A stretch of 64,000 nt of DNA from Octopus bimaculoides (taxonomy: Eukaryota): assembly GCF_001194135.2 (NCBI RefSeq), contig NC_068983.1, positions 135,760,531 to 135,824,530 on the forward strand, read 5' to 3'. The position numbers and the translations under genes are program-made. Of the stretch, positions 35,204 through 49,258 are shown piece by piece (position 1 is the stretch's first letter; each line of letters starts with the position of its first letter). A model generated the notes under the pieces. It searched no databases and was not told where the DNA came from. It worked only from the letters and a program-made list of their open reading frames with translations.

Positions 35204-38109
35204 ATCTCGAGTATGTGCTGTTTAGATTGTTATATTATTGTTGTGGTACTTGTGCAGAATGTGAGTTGTGTGTGTTGTTGTTGGGGTGTAAGATGTGCTT
35301 TAATACAGGTGGTGATTAAGTAAAAAATACATGTTGTGTTATTTGGGGGAAGGGATGGTGATTGTATGTAGAGAATGCTGTGGGTTGTGTTATATAGCTG
35401 TTGTTATTTAATTGCTTGAACAACAAGGTGCAACATACTGTGCCATCTCCCAAGTTATTCCATGTCTCTACCAACCTGGGAACCATATTGTACATTCCAA
35501 AATGCAGTAATGTACTACAGATGGTACAATGCAACAATTTGAACATGTTATACTCTCTTCATTCTTTGGTTTAGTTATATACACCTGCAGATATGTGAAC
35601 TGGTGAATTATTGTTTTTACAAACAAAGGAAAAATACTCAATCCATAGAGTTTGTATATTTTATTAGATGCTGAAACTTCCTGAAACAATACTCTGCATT
35701 TCACATTGGGAATTATTCACAGTAATTTCAAATCTAAGTATACTCAATTTCCTAGACATATTTCTAGATTTAAATACTGGTTAAAAATACAGACTCTATC
35801 ATTAACATAACAGGAAATTGCAATACAGTAATAAATTTTAATTTCCTGTTAGACACTTACCCAAGGTCCATGCAGCAGGATTGAACCCAAAACCACATGG
35901 TTGGCAAGCATACTTCTTAACCATACAACCATGCTTGCATATATGTAGTTGTAAACATTACATTCCAAAATGCATAAATAATTATAAAAAGTTAAACAGA
36001 TTGATTAGAATAATCTAACATTAAATTGATAAAAAAAAAAATCCCAAAGCATTTGATAAGTATAAACATTTAGTTTATCCAGGGATTTAATTTTGCTTAA
36101 CAGCTAAATCAATGTAATTAAAGGAGTCTGTGGATATTAAAGCTTGTACAAAATTTAGATTTGTGTAAAAAGTCAAATTCCAACAGAATTTTAACCTTTT
36201 GCATGGCTAAATATAAGTTGTATAGAAAGTAAGCAAAAAGAGTCTGTTGGAAATAAATATTAATCTTATTAAAATACATGGCTAATGTTAAAGCTAGGTG
36301 GAGTTAAGGATTAAAGTAGTACAAAGAAGTCGATATAAACTTAATATAAAATGTAAATGTCCTGTGACAACATTTAAGAAGAGCCAAGATTAAAACTTGT
36401 CTCTTATTTATGAAAAATTATTCTTTCCTTATAAATTTTATTAACTTCCAGTTTTCACAATGTATATTTCATGACCCAAATTTTACTGTCCATGTTTTGT
36501 TGTTTACATTTCACAATTAATATTCCCCCATGTGCAATAATCAATCCTTTCACAACCAGTCTTTAATTGTCCAGTTTTCTCTGCCAATATTTATTTCACT
36601 ATTCTGCTATGTTAGCAAACTGACTGAGTTGTTACAGTTTTATGGTATTTTTTTTGTTTTGTTTTTGCTCTCAGTGCACTGGGTTCAAATACTGCAAAAG
36701 CCTTTTGTTCTATTAAGATAGGTAAAGTATCAATCAAAAACTTGGGTCATTTTCTTGTTTCTCTTTGTCTCAGAATTAGTATTGTGAAGGGACCAAGAAA
36801 GGACCACTTACATTGTGTCCAACCAATCTTTTCACCATGACTCTGTGTAAACAACAAAACAGAAAGACTATTCAGATTTCAGAGCTATCTTTTTTTAGTG
36901 CTCAAATTTTATTTATCAAGCTTTTACTACACATCTCTCATTGCTTACATTTCACTACCAATATTTCGTTGTTCACGTTTCATAGCTACCTTTTCAGTGC
37001 TCAAATTTCTTTATAAAGCACATTTCTTATTGCCTCTTTTTGCTGTCAAGAGTTCAGATCTTTCAGCTGATGTTTTTAGTGTTCCAATCACCAAATCCCC
37101 ATTTCATGGTCAAACTTTTTCTGTAAGCTTTTCCATTACAAATTTCAACATTTCATTGTCCATACCACACACTGTTAAGCTTTAATAGTTGATATTTTTC
37201 AATTCAAATTTCACTGCCTATGTTCCCCATTCAACCTTTCAGCTTAGGTCACTATGTAGCTTCGTAAAAGATAAATCAATGAAGTCAGTTATATAGGAGA
37301 TATATATGTATATATATTTGCTTCAAATATAAGTGGAAGTTGTTAATAAAAACAAAAACAGAAGCTGATTGCTGAATAAAAGCCACAGTTTCACATAGCA
37401 TTGTCCATTGTAAGATGTCTAGATATGTTTTCTTGCTGTCTCCAAAACAAGTGAGGTGGGGAGATATTTCTTTCTTCACCGTCTTTTGCTTCCTGTTGAG
37501 AATGAAGAACAACAAATTATTAATAGTTATGTTACAATTATTTGTTAGTTGCTTCTAGATTTTATTTCCTCCCCACATTCTCTCTTTTTTTCTGTCTTTT
37601 CTCCCTCTATGGTTTTGTCTCATTTTTTTCTTTTTCAATTCCTGAGGACTAAAGTTTATTGGTTAATAAAGAAAATATTGTAGTTCTAGATAAATAAGAT
37701 GGAATGGTCATAACTTGAAAACTTTTGATCATAAACCTACTTCATCTGGTCTGACCTTGGGCTAAACAAAAGTTTATTTAGCATATCATTTATTTATTTG
37801 TTTATTTATTGTCATTCAGAGAAGCCGATAAAAATAGTTGAGAACCAACTTAAATGTTTTCCCATTATGGTTTTGAGTTCAAATCCCTACTGGAGGCAAC
37901 TTTGCTTTCCATCATTCTGGAGGTGGCACTCCTATTTCTAGAGCTGATAATACAAGTACCAGTAATATAGCAGTGTAAATGTAGTTCCCTATATACCTAT
38001 TTACCAAAATTGCCTTAAAGTAAAGGACAATTTTTGCCTGGCAAGGAAAACTTTTCAGAATGTTACTATTTTAAGCCATAAATAAATTAAGTTTCTTAAG
38101 AAACATTAG

Positions 38110-38493
38110 TTATTGTTGGCACTCCGTCGCTTACGATGTCGAGGGTTCCAGCTGATCCGATCAACGGAACAGCCTGCTCATGAAATTAACGTTCAAGTGG
38201 CTGAGCACTCCACAGACACGTGTACCCTTAACGTAGTTCTCGGGGATATTCAGCGTGACACAGTGTGACAAGACTGACCCTTTGAATTACAGGCACAATA
38301 GAAACAGGAAATAAGAGTGAGAGAAAGTTGTGGTGAAAGAGTACAGCAGGGTTCGCCACCATCCCCTGCCGGAGCCTCGTGGAGCTTTAGGTGTTTTTGC
38401 TCAATAAATACTCACAACGCCCTGTCTGGGAATTGAAACCGTGATCCTATGACCGCGAGTCGACTGCTCTAACCACTGGGCCATTACGCCTCC
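38110..38493 (-). mobile_element. tRNA-derived SINE family C, near full length
   Basis: Minus-strand head ggaggcgtaatggcccagtggttagagcag...ggtttcaattcccag (A and B boxes). CpG-rich body suggests a young copy. Confidence 0.8.
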
Positions 38494-38564
38494 ACTTAAA
38501 AGAAATATTAATGATATATATAAAGCATAAGTCTGAAAAATTTGAAGACTAGAAAATATATTAA

Positions 38565-38929
38565 CCCTTTTGCATTCACATTCTTCTGCCAAATGTAATG
38601 CTTATTTACTCACATTATTATGAATTATCAGGCATTATCTTGTAGCTTTGCGATTTTGATGCAGTAACTGTTAATTTTTAGAATGATATTGTAGACATGC
38701 CCATCACTAAGGGGGTGGACTGGATGGCACTGCCCCCCTCACTATTCATTTTCAGCATTATTACAAATTAGTCCCCATTCACAATATTCTGAAGCACCCC
38801 ACCCGACACCAATGTCTGGCAGCAATGGATCTGATTGTAGGATTGGTGTGAGAGGTCACATCTGACCAGTTTAAACATAAAACAGGTAGAATATTTTGGT
38901 TGCATATAGCTGGTTTAAATGCTAAAGGC
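38565..38929. mobile_element. piggyBac-type MITE (TTAA TSD) containing a nested insertion at about 38695-38833
   Basis: TTAA|cccttttgcatt...aatgctaaaggc|TTAA. The nested GC-rich insert is flanked by a duplicated attgtag. Confidence 0.7.
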
Positions 38930-39254
38930 TTAAGAGCCAGTGTTATTTGTGAGCAAGTATGGCTTGGTAATATATATGCTCACAAGTAGTTTTAAGTGCT
39001 TATGTAATCGTGAGTAGACATAGACATACTCTTGACTCTCCCACCCTTTGACCCAGCAGCACATTCAGCTGGAGGGAGGCCTGCTCCAGGACTCAACTGA
39101 TATTCATTTACAGCTGACTAGACTGGGAATGAAATGCAAAATGAAGTGTCATGGTTAAGGACACATGTCAACCAATCTAGAAATTGAACCGACAACATTA
39201 TGGTTATAATAAAGAAAGCTGCTTATCATCTATATATATAAAAGAGAGTTTGTG

Positions 39255-39347
39255 TATCACTCTCTCTCTCTCTCAGATACACACACACACACATATATAC
39301 AAGAAAGATGTATGCTTGTGTATTTATGTACATGCATATGAAAGATA

Positions 39348-39391
<44 letters not shown>

Positions 39392-39460
39392 GAGAGAGAT
39401 AGATATATATATAGAGAGAGAGCGAGTAAGTGCCACTTACACATACATGACAACACATAC

Positions 39461-39519
<59 letters not shown>

Positions 39520-39560
39520 TGCACACATGCATACACACATACACACACACGTCCATTTCA
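39255..39560. repeat. Compound (TG)n/(AG)n/(CT)n/(CA)n microsatellites
   Basis: Direct inspection. Confidence 0.9.
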
Positions 39561-41204
39561 TATACACATACATACATCTTTCACTTTTTCTTCTCTTTCA
39601 CTTTCTGCTCTCACTTTGAAGCAAATGTCACCTTTTCACTTTCTCCTCTCTTTCAATTTCTGCTTGCTTCAAAGTATAAAGAAATAAAAATGTTTTATGG
39701 AAATTAACAAACAATCATATGATCCCATATGATCAACCATATATGATCTAGTTGACCACAACAAAAGACTGCAATAAAATAACTTCCTTTGGCACACACA
39801 TGCACACACACACACACATACACACACACACACACACACACGGTAAAACTTCTGTATGAATTGTTATTTCTTGTTATGCGCATGTGCAAAATTACAGCTC
39901 AAATCCAATTGAAATGATCTTTTTCTATTCTGTAATTTTTGTTTTTGATGAGCATATTTAAAAATCTGATCTTCCATATAGATTTAAAAGGAAGTTTTTC
40001 CAGAAATCCTGTCCTTTACCTGATGTTCCTAGCATGTCCAAGGACACACTTGCACCCTCCCCCCATTTTTTCCGATTCCTATGTCTTTGATACAGGAGAT
40101 TGGGATTTCACCCAAAAAACACATTCTCAATCTTTTAATTTTCTCCCTCTCCACCCCAATTTCTTCATTTTATTTTTCTTGATAATCCACAGAGAAAAAA
40201 ACAGGGAGTACGAATCTTTAAATTTTTTCTTCTTCCTTTTTCTTAAAGAAACACTAAAATCTCCTTCCCAAACATCCACTCATCACCTCACCATTTTTAA
40301 AAAGCTACAAACTCCCAATGTTTCACTTTTAGCTTTTTGGAAAGTGGAGAAGTTTCTTCAGAAATAATGTCATTTACCTTTTGTTTCTAGCATGTCGGGT
40401 TTTCTGGTGGGGTCTAGTATTTTTTACGTCTGCTATTTCAGTACAATTCTACGCATGTGTGAAACATCAGACGAAAGTGAAACATTGGGAGGTTTTAGCT
40501 TTTTGAAAGCAGGTAGATGATTGGCATTGAGTATTTCTTTAAGGGTTGTGGATAATTAAGTCACAATCCTTAATTTACTTCCTTAGCTTGAATCTAGTTT
40601 TGAACCATGTCCATTGTCAATTGTCATGAGATTTAAGACACCTTGTGGCAATAGATGATTCAACCCAGTAAGACATGCTTATACGCTCTAAAGATGGGAT
40701 TAAAAACCTAGAAAATTATAATCTGTAAACAGCAACTAATCTCAGACATTTAGACATTTCATACAAGATATTTTTTGAAAAGAAATAGTGTTACAAAATG
40801 GAATTATGTGGTGGAAAGAGAGAAAAAAAAAGAGAAAAAGATTCTAGGTAAGGGATGTATTGGAAACTGGAGACATATTTTGAAAGGTAAGATATGAGTT
40901 GAGAGGACAATATGTAGTTGAAGAGGGTGGACATATTGTAAGGTTTACATAAATTGGAAACAGAGACCTGTTGAAAATGAGAATTATGTTGTAGAGGCAA
41001 GATAATCTATTGCAAGGGGACACATGTTAAAGGGAGTAAGTTGAAAGAAGGGCTGACTTAGAAAGAAGATATGGATTGGAAGGAAGGAGACATGATTTAG
41101 AAATTGGGATGTACGTGGGTTAGGTGATCATGGATTGAAAGTGAGGCATGTATTTGAAAGGGTGTATATAATATACTGACATAATTGTTCACTCACCCCA
41201 GTCA

Positions 41205-41640
41205 CCTTGCTATTTCTTTCTCTTCTTCCTCCTTATCTCTTCTTTTTCTCTCTTTTCTCTTTTCCGCCGTTCCTCCTGCTCTTCCTCGTCTTTCTTCTTC
41301 TTCCTCCTCCTGGCCTCTTCCTCTTCCTTTTTCTTCTTTGCCTCCTCTTCCTTCTTCTTTAATTCCTTCATTTCTTTCCTTTCTCTTTCCCTGTCCTCTT
41401 CAGTTCTTGAGTCTTCATCCTCTGTACCGTCCTCTTTCTTTGTCCTTCTCTTCTTCATGCCCCACCTTCCTCCTTTGTCCCTCTTCAGTCACTGCTGCTG
41501 CTAATACACCACAGCTACAACCACCACCACCACCACTACCAAGTCTGCTGCCAATACCACCACCACCACCACCACCACTACTTTTACCACTGCTATTACT
41601 ATGACAACTACTACTGCTACTCTTACTACTACCGCATTGC
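41205..41640. repeat. Low-complexity CT-rich and (CCA)n/(CTA)n tract
   Basis: Direct inspection. Confidence 0.85.
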
Positions 41641-41737
41641 AACTATCACTCTTTCCTCCACAGTTGTCAAGAACCGCCTCCACTTTCTGGAATTCTCTTT
41701 GTTTTATTTGTTGGTGCCTTTAGTTGTTGATATTTTG

Positions 41738-41770
<33 letters not shown>

Positions 41771-42453
41771 GAGTCTCTTTTCTAAGACACTATTATATTT
41801 GAGGACAAACACTATAGCAATGTATCTGCTTGTCCTGCCTTTTCTCTGGCCTCAATACTTCTCAGGCTTCTATAGATAGATAGATAGTAGGTTCAACAAG
41901 TGTCAACAAGGTTCAACTCATTTCAAATGAAATTACTCTACGTTTTGGACTTTGTTACTTACACTGCACCACCTCAACTTAATTACTGTGTATAGAAGAA
42001 ATGTAGAAAACAGTCCCACCCACCTCTCTCTCTCAGATCTTGCTCTCACTGACCTCTAATTGAACAGTGTGTGTGTGTGTGTGTGTGTAGGTGTCTTTTA
42101 TCATTACTTGAGCTGTCAGTCATATGAAGAGTTGTTCCCTCATCAAACAGATCCATGATCAAAGGCATTCCAGCCATGGCTATCTTGATTTTTTATTCAG
42201 ATACAATGTATCTGGGACCACCTTATCCATTAAGGTGTGATTACATGGAGATTTGGTCACTATTTCTAGTAGTCTGAATAACCATGTAGATGTTACCTCC
42301 TTAACTCATGCCCTCACTGTTACTGAGATTTGGCTGCAGTAAGTACTACAATATATGTATTGTATACTGTATATGAAGTAAACTCCTGATCAGCTGAAAC
42401 AAATCTGTAACCTAGTTTCAATTTCTTTGAGATGCTCTCCACTCTACTTGATT

Positions 42454-42826
42454 TACTCTTTTACTCTTTTACTTGTTTCAGTCATTTGACTGCGGCCATG
42501 CTGGAGCACCACCTTTAGTCAAGAAAATCGACCCCAGGACTTATTCTTTGTAAGCCTAGTACTTATTCTATTGGTCTCTTTTGCCGAACTGCTAAGTTAC
42601 GGGGACATAAACACACCAGCATCGGTTGTCAAGCGATGTTGGGGGGACAAACACAGACACACAAACACATACACACACATACATATATGTATATACATAT
42701 ATATGACAGGCTTCTTTCAGTTTCCGTCTACCAAATCCACTCACAAGGCTTTGGTCGGCCTGAGGCTATAGTAAAAGACACTTGCCCAAGGTGCCATGCA
42801 GTGGGACTGAACCCGGAACCATGCTG
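42454..42826 (-). mobile_element. tRNA-derived SINE family A copy (head truncated)
   Basis: Highly similar to 5614-6024. Confidence 0.88.
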
Positions 42827-45115
42827 CTAATATATTTGAAAACAAACAATGAATATTATAACATTCCAGTTACTTTTCTCCTTGAAAGATTTTGAACTCA
42901 GCATTGCAAGTGATTGAAACACTTAAGGATCTTGCTAAAGCTTCTGTGATTGGCTGTATGTCTTCATGGTATCAACATTTGTTAAACAATTGACTGAACC
43001 AATGACAGCTGAATATCATCACCTTGGAAGTATTTGCTCCATTAATTCAGCAAAATTCACAGCTCTGTGCTCCAATACATGCTACCTTAGAAAAAAAAAT
43101 GTTCACAGTATGAAATGTCACTTAACTCTTGGCAGAATTCATTGTCAAAAGATTAGTCTTCATGTTATGTGTCAGAGGCAATTAGTTCTCACTTCTTTAT
43201 CACTCTCTCTTCTACAACACATTCACTCCTAAAACCCTAGTTCTATTCTGTTAGTTTTTCTTCTCTCATCATCTTGTTATGGCTTACTTGCCATTCAATT
43301 GCATAGGGGAAAAAGGAATGAATGGTGACACTACAGGAAAGGAGATCCCTTTTACTCTCACAGAATGAGGGAGACACCCTTTCTGATACTGATGAACAAA
43401 TGGAAACAATGTAGGATAGAATGACTTTTTTGTCTTGGTAAGGACAAGACAATCTCTCCAATGTTGGCACCACAATAAAATGCATCCTGTTTACTCTGTA
43501 AAGTGGTTGGTAAATGGAGATAATGTAAAGCGGAGTCTTTGGTCTTGCTGAGGACAAGTTGACTTTTTCTGTTGCCGGATCAGGCTGTGTATTGTGTTCT
43601 TGAGCAAAATACTTCATTTCATGTTGCTCCTGTTCATTCAGCTGTAGAAATGAGTTGCGACATCACTGGTGCCAAGCTGTATTGGCCTTTGCCTTTCCCT
43701 TGGATAATAGTGGTGGTGTGGAGAGGAGAAGCTGGTGTGTATAACCAACTGCTGGTCTTCTATGAACATCCTTGCTCAGACTTGTGCCTCAGAGAGGAAC
43801 TTTCTAGGTGCAATTCCATGGTCATTCATGATCAAAGGGGGTCTACTTTCTACTTTATACTACACAAAAATATTTATAAGTAAAACTTAATAGGATATAT
43901 TCTTCTAAGTTCATTAGTGAATTGATAAACTGTTTTTACTAAACTGGATTTAGAATTTGGAAAGCAGACTACTGACCAAGAATTTGTATGTAAAATATTG
44001 TCCCACCATTTGTGCAGTTGCTGGAAAGATACATAACTCTTGCTTTCTTTTTTCTTTCTTAAGTTATAGTGTATTTATGAGAACATTATTTAATGGAAGT
44101 AACATAAAGAGAAGTCATTGATCTTGGTTTGGCTGTTAATTTTATAAGGTCATTCAACCATTTAAAGACTTTCTCAACCTGCATTTTGTTAGTTTTTAGT
44201 ACTGAGATGGATTGAATTTTCTCTGTGACTGATTGAAGTGGAAATAGTCCTAACTATGACAGAGCACCTTTTCTTCTGAAATAGTGTACCAAAGACAGCA
44301 TTAATCAATGTGTCCTTTTGTACTGTTATAAGATAGAAGGATGTTGTGTTAGAGAGATTTGCCTGCAATTTCTAGCAGGTTCAGCAAACACATAGAGTTA
44401 CTCTCATTGATCCATGTCCAGTCATGTTATTGTTCAAAGTTTATTACTCATGGCTATCCTCATGATTCCTTGGGCTTAATGAATCATTAAATTCAGTATG
44501 TAGAGACAGTAAAATAGAAGGTTGGAAGGAAAGAAAGAAGGAAGGAAGGAAGGAAGGAAGGAGGGACAGACAAACAAATAAACAAAATTTAGTTTATTCT
44601 CAAAATGTTGTATTACAAAATCATACTTTACAATAAAGGATTCTTGATAAAAAATGAAATATAATTTAGTATCGTATGTGCATGCTTAAAAGAAGACAAA
44701 AGCTTAAAAAGAGTGATAGACATTGAGAAGCTAAAATCAATCAGAATAAGTTGAAAATCATTGAAACATTGAAAATTAGTCAGAAAATATTTAAAAAAAC
44801 AAAGAATTAAACGGAGAACACTCAAGTAATCTTCAATAATCACTCAATATTCAGTTATGATTTAATCTATTTTTTTTATTAAGTATCTAAAATCTTGTTA
44901 TTTAGCTTAAGGATGAAATCAAAGTTTTACTTCTCAAAGTAGAAAAGAAAAGGATGAATGCTGGGAAGATAATATTTTAATGTAATTGTGTCTTAACTAG
45001 AAGATAAGCAATCAAGAGTCACCTATTTCTAGCTTTCTCTTAACTTTTGTTTACATATTTTCTCATTTTGAAGTAAAATTTCAAAGAAATCTTATTTAAA
45101 TTGTTTGTTTTCTAG

Positions 45116-45259
45116 ATTGTCAAAGAGCTGCGGCAGACTTTTTCTACTGGTTGTACACTTCCAGTGGAATGGAGACTTCACCAGCTGTCAAAAATTATGA
45201 AAATGTTGACTGAATGTCAACAAGAAATTGAAGATGCTCTTGTGAAAGATTTACATAGG
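45116..45259 (+). CDS. ALDH3: ALDH3-like paralog B, N-terminal helical exon (144 nt)
   Basis: ttctag|ATT...AGG|gtaagt. Translates IVKELRQTFSTGCTLPVEWRLHQLSKIMKMLTECQQEIEDALVKDLHR. The start exon upstream was not identified. Confidence 0.93.
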
Positions 45260-46177
45260 GTAAGTATTACTGAAATTTTCAAAAATTACCCATATCTATA
45301 ACACTTGCATTAATATTTTTTGTCAATGTTTAAAATGAAAGTCAGAGATAGAATGTTAATAAGAATATAATTTTTTGTTATATCATCTTTAGATTTAGTG
45401 GCCAAAAGTTTAGATTTAGTGGCTTAGTTGATACAGATGTTATTACCGGTAGCTTAGAAATAATGATGCATGGTTAAAGTTGGCAGAGATATTGGAGTGT
45501 CAGTGGCATTTATTCCAGCTCTCTGCTTTCTGAGTTCAAACTTTGCCAATGCCAACTTTACTTTTCATCCTTCAGGGTTTGATATATGAAGTACCAGTCT
45601 AGGGCAGTGAACTGACAATTTTTAGAATAGTATTTATTCTGTCTCCTTGCATTCTGAGCTCAAATCCTGTTATAACCTACATGAGAGATAAATTTAACCA
45701 ATTTAGCAGTACTATATGATCCTTGAATACTTTTAGTGGAGTCCAGTTAGTTGCAAGCATTTGGCTCAGGCTTCTGGTTTAAGGATACTTTCCTCTCTCT
45801 CTTTCTCTCCTCCACCAGGCTTGGAGGCCCTGGAAAGGATTATGAATATTGCCCTTATTCCTATATAAGAAATTAAAGAAAAAACTATGAACTCCACTAA
45901 AAACAAAAAATTCCTAAGATGATCAGAGATCGAGTCAATGAAAGTGTAGTGCAGTTATAAATATTGAACAAATTTTAATTTCAAAATCAACATATCATTT
46001 TACATCACTTTATTCCATGCTGGCATGTGCTGGATTGCAAATTTATAATCTGAAAATTAATGCTTTATTAGTTTTCACTGATGAGCTATTTTTACTTCTT
46101 TATTTTTTTTATTGTTATATTCTCTTATTAAAAAAATTATTTTTTTGTTTATTTTCATTATACCATTGGTGGTACAG

Positions 46178-46273
46178 CCGAAAAATGAGGCAATGTTTTT
46201 TGAAGTGATTTTTGCCAGAAAGGAAGCACTAGATGCTATAATCAGTCTCAAAGAATGGATGGAACCAGAAAAA
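46178..46273 (+). CDS. ALDH3: ALDH3-like paralog B exon (96 nt)
   Basis: tacag|CCG...AAA|gtaaac. Translates PKNEAMFFEVIFARKEALDAIISLKEWMEPEK. Confidence 0.9.
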
Positions 46274-46789
46274 GTAAACCATATTTATTTTCATTTTCAT
46301 TTATTTTTACTTTACATGAAGTAAAATTTCGAATATATGGTGAATATTATCTAAAATTAGATAACTTTCCCTACTACCACACTTCCCTTCTGTTTTTGAT
46401 TGCAGCCACTAAAGGCTACACAAGTATACATAAAATGCACATGCAAAGGAAAGCTGATGTATGTGTAGCATAAGCAATTTAAATTGACTTGGAGCCTCCC
46501 CATATTTTGATACCATAGCCTTTGATGTAGTGTAAAGAAGAAAGTATTCACAACAATAGAAGTCTGCAAGAGCTCTAGTTAAATGAAGAACCGTCTATGA
46601 TATGAGTGCTAAGCTTTTTTTCTTATGGTACACTCACCTACATTTTTATTTTCTAAGGCTGCAGGAGTTGGTAGTTGGATACAAGACTGGACATTGGCTA
46701 TATTGAATTTGTCCATTCTACTTTTTGATAACATTGATTTAACCTTGTCTTGATCTCTGCCCACCCCACATTCTTTTTTAATCTAACGA

Positions 46790-47123
46790 CCATTTTGAGC
46801 GTGGCCGTTGCCAGTACCGCCTGACTGGCTCCTGTAGGATTTTCGAGCGAGATCGTTGCCAGTGCCCCTGGACTGGCTTGTGCGGGTGGCACATAAAAGA
46901 CACCATTTCGAGCATGGCCGTTTTCGTGCGGGTGACACGTAAAAGCACCCACTACACTCTCTGAGTGGTTGGCGTTAGGAAGGGCATCCAGCTGTAGAAA
47001 CTCTGCCAAATCAGACTGGAGCCTGGTGTTGCCATCCGGTTTCACCAGTCCTCAGTCAAATCGTCCAACCCATGCTAGCATGGAAAGCGGACGTTAAACG
47101 ATGATGATGATGATGATGATGAT
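46790..47123 (+). mobile_element. RTE-family 3' end with (GAT)n tail
   Basis: Nearly identical terminal block to 14760-14992 (ccagtcctcagtcaaatcgtccaacccatgctagcatggaaagcggacgttaaacgatgatg). Confidence 0.88.
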
Positions 47124-49258
47124 CTTAAATAGAGCTTAGTTGAAATAACCAACTCATGTATAATAGTTAATATAGAACACAGATATGAGTAGCAAGCAAA
47201 TAAAAATTTGTTTTGATTTATCTTGAAGAATAGATTTTTAGGAAATACTAATTAGGCAAAATGGAATTCTTAATTCCAGAAAAATTACCTAAAAGTCAGA
47301 AAATCTCCAGTTTTATACAGAAAAGATCTATCATTCTGTAAAAGTTGATCCTGAAGAGATGACAGTCAAATATATCTCCAACAGGTATTGAACTCAATAA
47401 TCAAATCCAACAAGTAATATTTTTCATCTTGAATATTTAGATGTTTTGATGTTTTTTCTAGCAAATTAACGTCTATATAGTGTGTTTTATATATTGACAT
47501 TTAAAAATTGTTTAAGTAGTTTCCAACAGCTATAATCTCGTAGACATAAGCTATAAATATAAATTTTGTGGGGTCAATAAGTTTAATTACCTCCCGGGTG
47601 AAGAGTTAATAATTCATATCCTTTTATTCGTTATTCTGTGTTACAGGTGAGATACTTATCTTTTGCTGTGCAACTCAGGCAACTGTAATTAGGTTCCAAT
47701 AAGTCATCATAAAGGTACTGTTATGGCTGGTAAGAGTTTTATGAACTAGCAGGGCTGGGCTCAAATTTTCTAGTGATCTGAGAAATATAAACTATCATTA
47801 ATGTTACATAAAAAATAAACACCTTTCAACATCTTCTGGTGAATTAGAAAATCAGATAGTTTGCATCTATCAAAGAAATATCTATTGCCTACTGCATTTG
47901 AAGAGTTTTATTTTCTGAAACCATTTAAATTTCAGAAAATATTTTATTGATTCCTTTTTTTCTAACTTTGGTTCAAAACTTTAAGTTTTACAAATTAACT
48001 AAAAATCTCAACGTTTTAGTTAAAATCAACCTAGCAAATTTTTTCTTCTTTCTCACCTTATTTCTTTTGCATTATTTTTCTTGGTATTGCTAATAATACT
48101 AATGAGCAAAGCATCACCATCATAACTCATCATATAATACCAAGTGATGGCTGCTTCTCGTTATAAAACGTCAGACAATTTATTTGGTTTGTATGAAATA
48201 AATACAATATTCAATCGATTGCTCTGTCATTTGACAAGATAGTCACAGACTGTAGACTGGTTATTAACCTTGAATTTTTTCATCAAAAGTTGATTGTTTG
48301 GCTACAAGCCTACTGTCTGTTGTCTTTGGTGTAACTGGACTGTACTGAGTGCTCGATGGACTGGCCTTGGAGACAATTTTCCAGTAAAAATACCTAATTA
48401 CAGTGTTTTTTGCATGGGCATAAATTGCTTTGATTGCATCACTATGACCTGTTTTGAAACAACTCAAATAACAGCAACACGACTGAAACTAATTAAATCA
48501 ATATGCAGTCTGAGAAAACTAATTTACAGAACTAATTATTGTTTGGACTTAAGTTTAGCAAACAAATTAAATATGGTTATTTGGTTTATGGGTAGTTGTA
48601 GTAATTATGAGAAAAGATGAAGTAGTTTATTTAAAAAGTCTTTAAGACTTTACCTTTGCATTACATAACTAATTAACAAAATATTAACAATGTTAAATAA
48701 TAAACATTGTTATCCTTTTTTAAAATTACGTTTTCTAAAGTTGAATAAAATTATGACCGCAACTGATATTTAAAGTTTAGAGTGAACAGAGATTTCTTAA
48801 TAGTTCTCTCAAAGATTTCCTCATCTTGAGAACATAATTTAAAGCAAGATTTGAATCAATTTCTTTATATGTTATTGGCACAACAATACATAATTTTCTA
48901 TGTATTTTTCTCTAGTATGTTAATTTGCAGAGTATTTTTCCTATAAAATACAAAATATGGCTATGTCAAGAACGTCTACAACTCTTTCTTTGAAAACCAG
49001 TAAAGAATATTGTCTAGTAGAACTTGGAGATGATTGGTAAATGTGGTATAAACAGGAACACTTATTTGTATGCTTCACTGTTCAATATTGGGTACTCACA
49101 AAGTCAGATAGATAACCAGAACTACAAAAATATATAAACTGATAAGACTTAAAGGAAATGGTCATACAGTGTAGAGCCACTGTAATTTCCAGTATAGGTA
49201 TAGGTATGGGTATGTGGTTGAATAATTCAGTTCACAACCACATACACACACACACATA

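Noticed and set aside
40392-40512. 40-codon open frame (MSGFWWG...) ending at a GT donor, considered as the first coding exon of paralog B
   Set aside because: Phase 1, while exon 45116 needs phase 0, and direct splicing gives an out-of-frame product. Kept only as a possible UTR or uORF exon.
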